From: Octopus sinensis
Taxonomy: Eukaryota
Reading direction: 5' to 3'
Length of the DNA: 51,776 nt
Assembly (NCBI RefSeq): GCF_006345805.1
Contig: NW_021834163.1
Coordinates: 1-51,776, forward strand
Shown in pieces: positions 49,178 through 51,776 of the stretch. The position numbers were made by a program, and so were the translations under genes. Each line of letters opens with the position of its first letter. Within the stretch, counting starts at the first letter, position 1. A model generated the notes under the pieces. That model saw only the letters and a program-made list of their open reading frames with translations. It was not told where the DNA came from and made no database searches.

Positions 49178-49525
49178 TGTAGGAAGATAGTAAGATTCGA
49201 GCAGTCCGTAGAAGGTGTATAAAAAACAAACTTTCAGGGACAATAATTGTTTATTGACACAGAAGGTTGTAAGTTTTCAAAGTTCGATAAGCTGAAAAAA
49301 TTGTTTTATAGCTTAGGGTTAGTAGTAGGAGTTGCTGTGTATGCGAATAGAAATCCAATATTAGAGAATGGTGTAGATAGAATCCAGTCTAGATCTGTTT
49401 CATAGCTAGCATAACCTCCGAAGTAGTTATTACCCAAACGTGGGGTAATCTGATAGGTACTCATCAGACCCAAGCGATTCTGCTAGCTATGAAACATATG
49501 TATGGGTTTTATCTGCTCCATTCCC
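49178..49525 (-). repeat. Interspersed repeat with hammerhead-like core (copy of 14930-15215)
   Basis: Minus strand CUGAUGA(49467-49461)...GAAAC(49401-49397); between (TA)n tracts. Confidence 0.65.
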
Positions 49526-49570
<45 letters not shown>

Positions 49571-49693
49571 ATATATATTATATATATATATATATATTAT
49601 ATATATATATATATAATAAATATTAGGGAATAAATCCAAACTTACAGGGAAAAATCAGATTTAGAATTGAATCCAATTTTATAGTAAAATATT

Positions 49694-49958
49694 ATATTAT
49701 ATTAAATTAGAGACAAAACACTATTAGGCAAATCAAACAATGAAAAACTTAATCCAATACATAATATTATTTAATTTATATTATTTAAATATATAACAAA
49801 ATTATTAAAAAAATATAATTAATATCACACTACGATCGTTTCATGCCTGCTAACATCTTCAAATTTTTGAGTCAAATTAAATAATATTATGTATTGGATT
49901 AAGTTTTTCATTGTTTGATTTGCCTAATAGTGGTTTTGTCTCTAATTTAATATAATAT
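49694..49958 (-). mobile_element. Inverted-repeat element with a degenerate hammerhead, in the SLC6 intron
   Basis: ~84-bp near-perfect arms 49694-49777 and 49874-49958. Minus strand reads UUGAAGA-UGUU-agca-GGCA-u-GAAAC-GAUC-GUA. Confidence 0.75.
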
Positions 49959-50103
49959 ATATATATATATACACATATATTGTTATATTTATATAGGCAT
50001 TCATCGTGATAAATTCATACTCGTCACAAGTGTATAAGACTGGAAATCCTAAAAACCTGGTCGGTCAATTCCACTTTGATGCGATTGATGAAATTCACTT
50101 AAA

Positions 50104-50484
50104 TCTCTCTCTATATAAACGGCAGTTTGTCTGTGCGTGTTTCTGTGTGTCTGTTTTCTTGTACCCTCACCCTGACCACGGCTTTCAACCGATTCTGATG
50201 AAACTTGACACACACATAGCCCAATGTCATAATTCAAAACTAACGCAGCGAAAATTTTGAAAAGTTCCCCCAGTTCTGAAAAAAATCGATAAATTCGACA
50301 TGGGGTCGAGAATCGAAACACAAACCGCAAACTGTCTAGGGGACGCAACTCCACCTTTTTTAACTAAAAAAAAATTTACCATCCTTTTTTTCCATCTTTT
50401 TGCTATTTTTTGGCTATAACTCTCTAAAAATGCTTTATAGTTATTTCCCTTACAAACCTGAGCAACGCCGGGCGATACTGCTAG
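50104..50484 (+). mobile_element. Non-autonomous Helitron
   Basis: A|TC 5' end, subterminal hairpin cctgagcaacgccggg, CTAG|T 3' end, no target-site duplication. Confidence 0.8.
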
Positions 50485-50716
50485 TGAAAGTATAAAAGTG
50501 AAGTAAAGGAATGATAACGATGAAAAGAGAAGAAATGTAACACTGAAGCGAGGAGCCGGTGCGACCGCCATATTTGGATTCCCAGATGTTGTTAATTCCC
50601 TTCAAATACTGAATGCATTTTTGAGAATTGCTATTACTGAGTGTGCTTTTATTTATTTAAACTAAACCCATCTGTTATTCATTGAACTCTAAATGTAATT
50701 GTATTATATCTTGCAG

Positions 50717-51044
50717 GTGTAGGATACGCATCGGTGGTCATTGCATTTTGGCTCAACATATGGTACATCGTCCCATTGGCTTGGGCTCTGTTTTATCTAT
50801 TTAATTCGTTCAAAAGCGTTCTACCTTGGTCCAACTGCCGCAATTCGTGGAACACCTTCCATTGTCAGTCGGAATACGAACGACAGTTTCTTCCTTACAA
50901 TTGTTCCAATTCTACACATTGGAGAGAGGTGGTACCCATTAAAAGTTTCAACGTCACCTACCTCTTGTCTAATTATTCACACATGAATTGCTCCCGTGAA
51001 TATGACTGGAGTTCGTTCACATCACCAGTTCGCGAATATTGGGA
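50717..51044 (+). CDS. SLC6A1: Internal exon (TM3 + extracellular loop 2) of the same SLC6 GAT-1-like gene
   Basis: atcttgcag acceptor and GA|gtgagt donor; 328 nt, in frame with the previous exon. Translates (G)[49 protein letters not shown]...SPVREYW(E), with the SLC6 LPW..C.N.WNT..C and P..EYW motifs. Confidence 0.92.
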
Positions 51045-51199
51045 GTGAGTAAACTTTTCACGCTGATTAATACGTGTGGTTCGATTGATTGACAGAATAT
51101 GAGTGATTGGTTCACATATTTGACTGATTTAAAAAAAAATTTACAGGTTTTTTAATAAATGTTTGCTATATAAAAACATGTGTATGAAATTCTTATATT

Positions 51200-51415
51200 A
51201 GTTTCAAATTTTGACACAAGGCCAGCTGTTTCGGGGGTGGAGGTGGTAAGTCGATTACATCGACCTCAGTGCTCAACCGGTACTTCTCTTACTGACCCCG
51301 AAATATTGAAAAGCAAAATCGACCTCAGTGGAAATTGAACTCAGAACATAAAGACTCACGAAATGCCGCTAAGCATTTTGCCTGGCGTGCTAACGATTCG
51401 GCCAGCTCGCCACCT
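51200..51415 (-). mobile_element. tRNA-derived SINE (Nin-like family)
   Basis: Same family as 16742-16960. Confidence 0.8.
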
Positions 51416-51776
51416 TTATAAACTTCTCATATTAACATACGATCAGCTCGAGCACGCACACACACTAATGTTTCTGTCGTATGATAAGTTGGCCCGGTGG
51501 TACACTACATAAAAAAGAATAAATCCACCACGCTGTCTAGTCCTACATCAAGTGATGCTTCTGGAGCTCAATGGGAAGCACTACGATACAATATGCTGCC
51601 CTTGCTGTCTATGAGTTACCCAAGGATGAAGGATGGCTTCAGGCGCAACTCGAACCTACTTCCATGTCTCCCTCTATTTATATCGTTAAATTCCTTCAAA
51701 TAGAAATGAACGTCACCACTTCCCTAACTACTAACCCTTTAAAACAATCAAGCTAATTACCTATTAATGAACATCT

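Overview
Repeat-rich, AT-rich animal genomic DNA, most likely from an octopus or other coleoid cephalopod. That host call is an inference from the SINE repertoire and microsatellite load, not a search result. The only host coding sequence I can support is two + strand exons (48363-48494, 50717-51044) of an SLC6 GABA-transporter (GAT-1-like) gene. Its TM1 exon was not found, so most of the window may be one very large intron. The rest consists of decayed CR1-like LINEs, a Penelope-like element (RT + GIY-YIG), a near-complete R4/Dong LINE inside (TAA)n, a DD37D maT transposon, mariner-, Helitron- and Helentron-derived non-autonomous elements, three tRNA-derived SINE families and many microsatellites. 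The most notable pattern is a set of short, mutually unrelated, non-coding elements near (TA)n tracts, each with inverted-repeat arms around a minimal Penelope-type hammerhead ribozyme motif. A 302-bp palindrome carries a hammerhead-like fold with a G3:C8 swapped core. All ribozyme calls come from reading motifs by eye; activity is untested.
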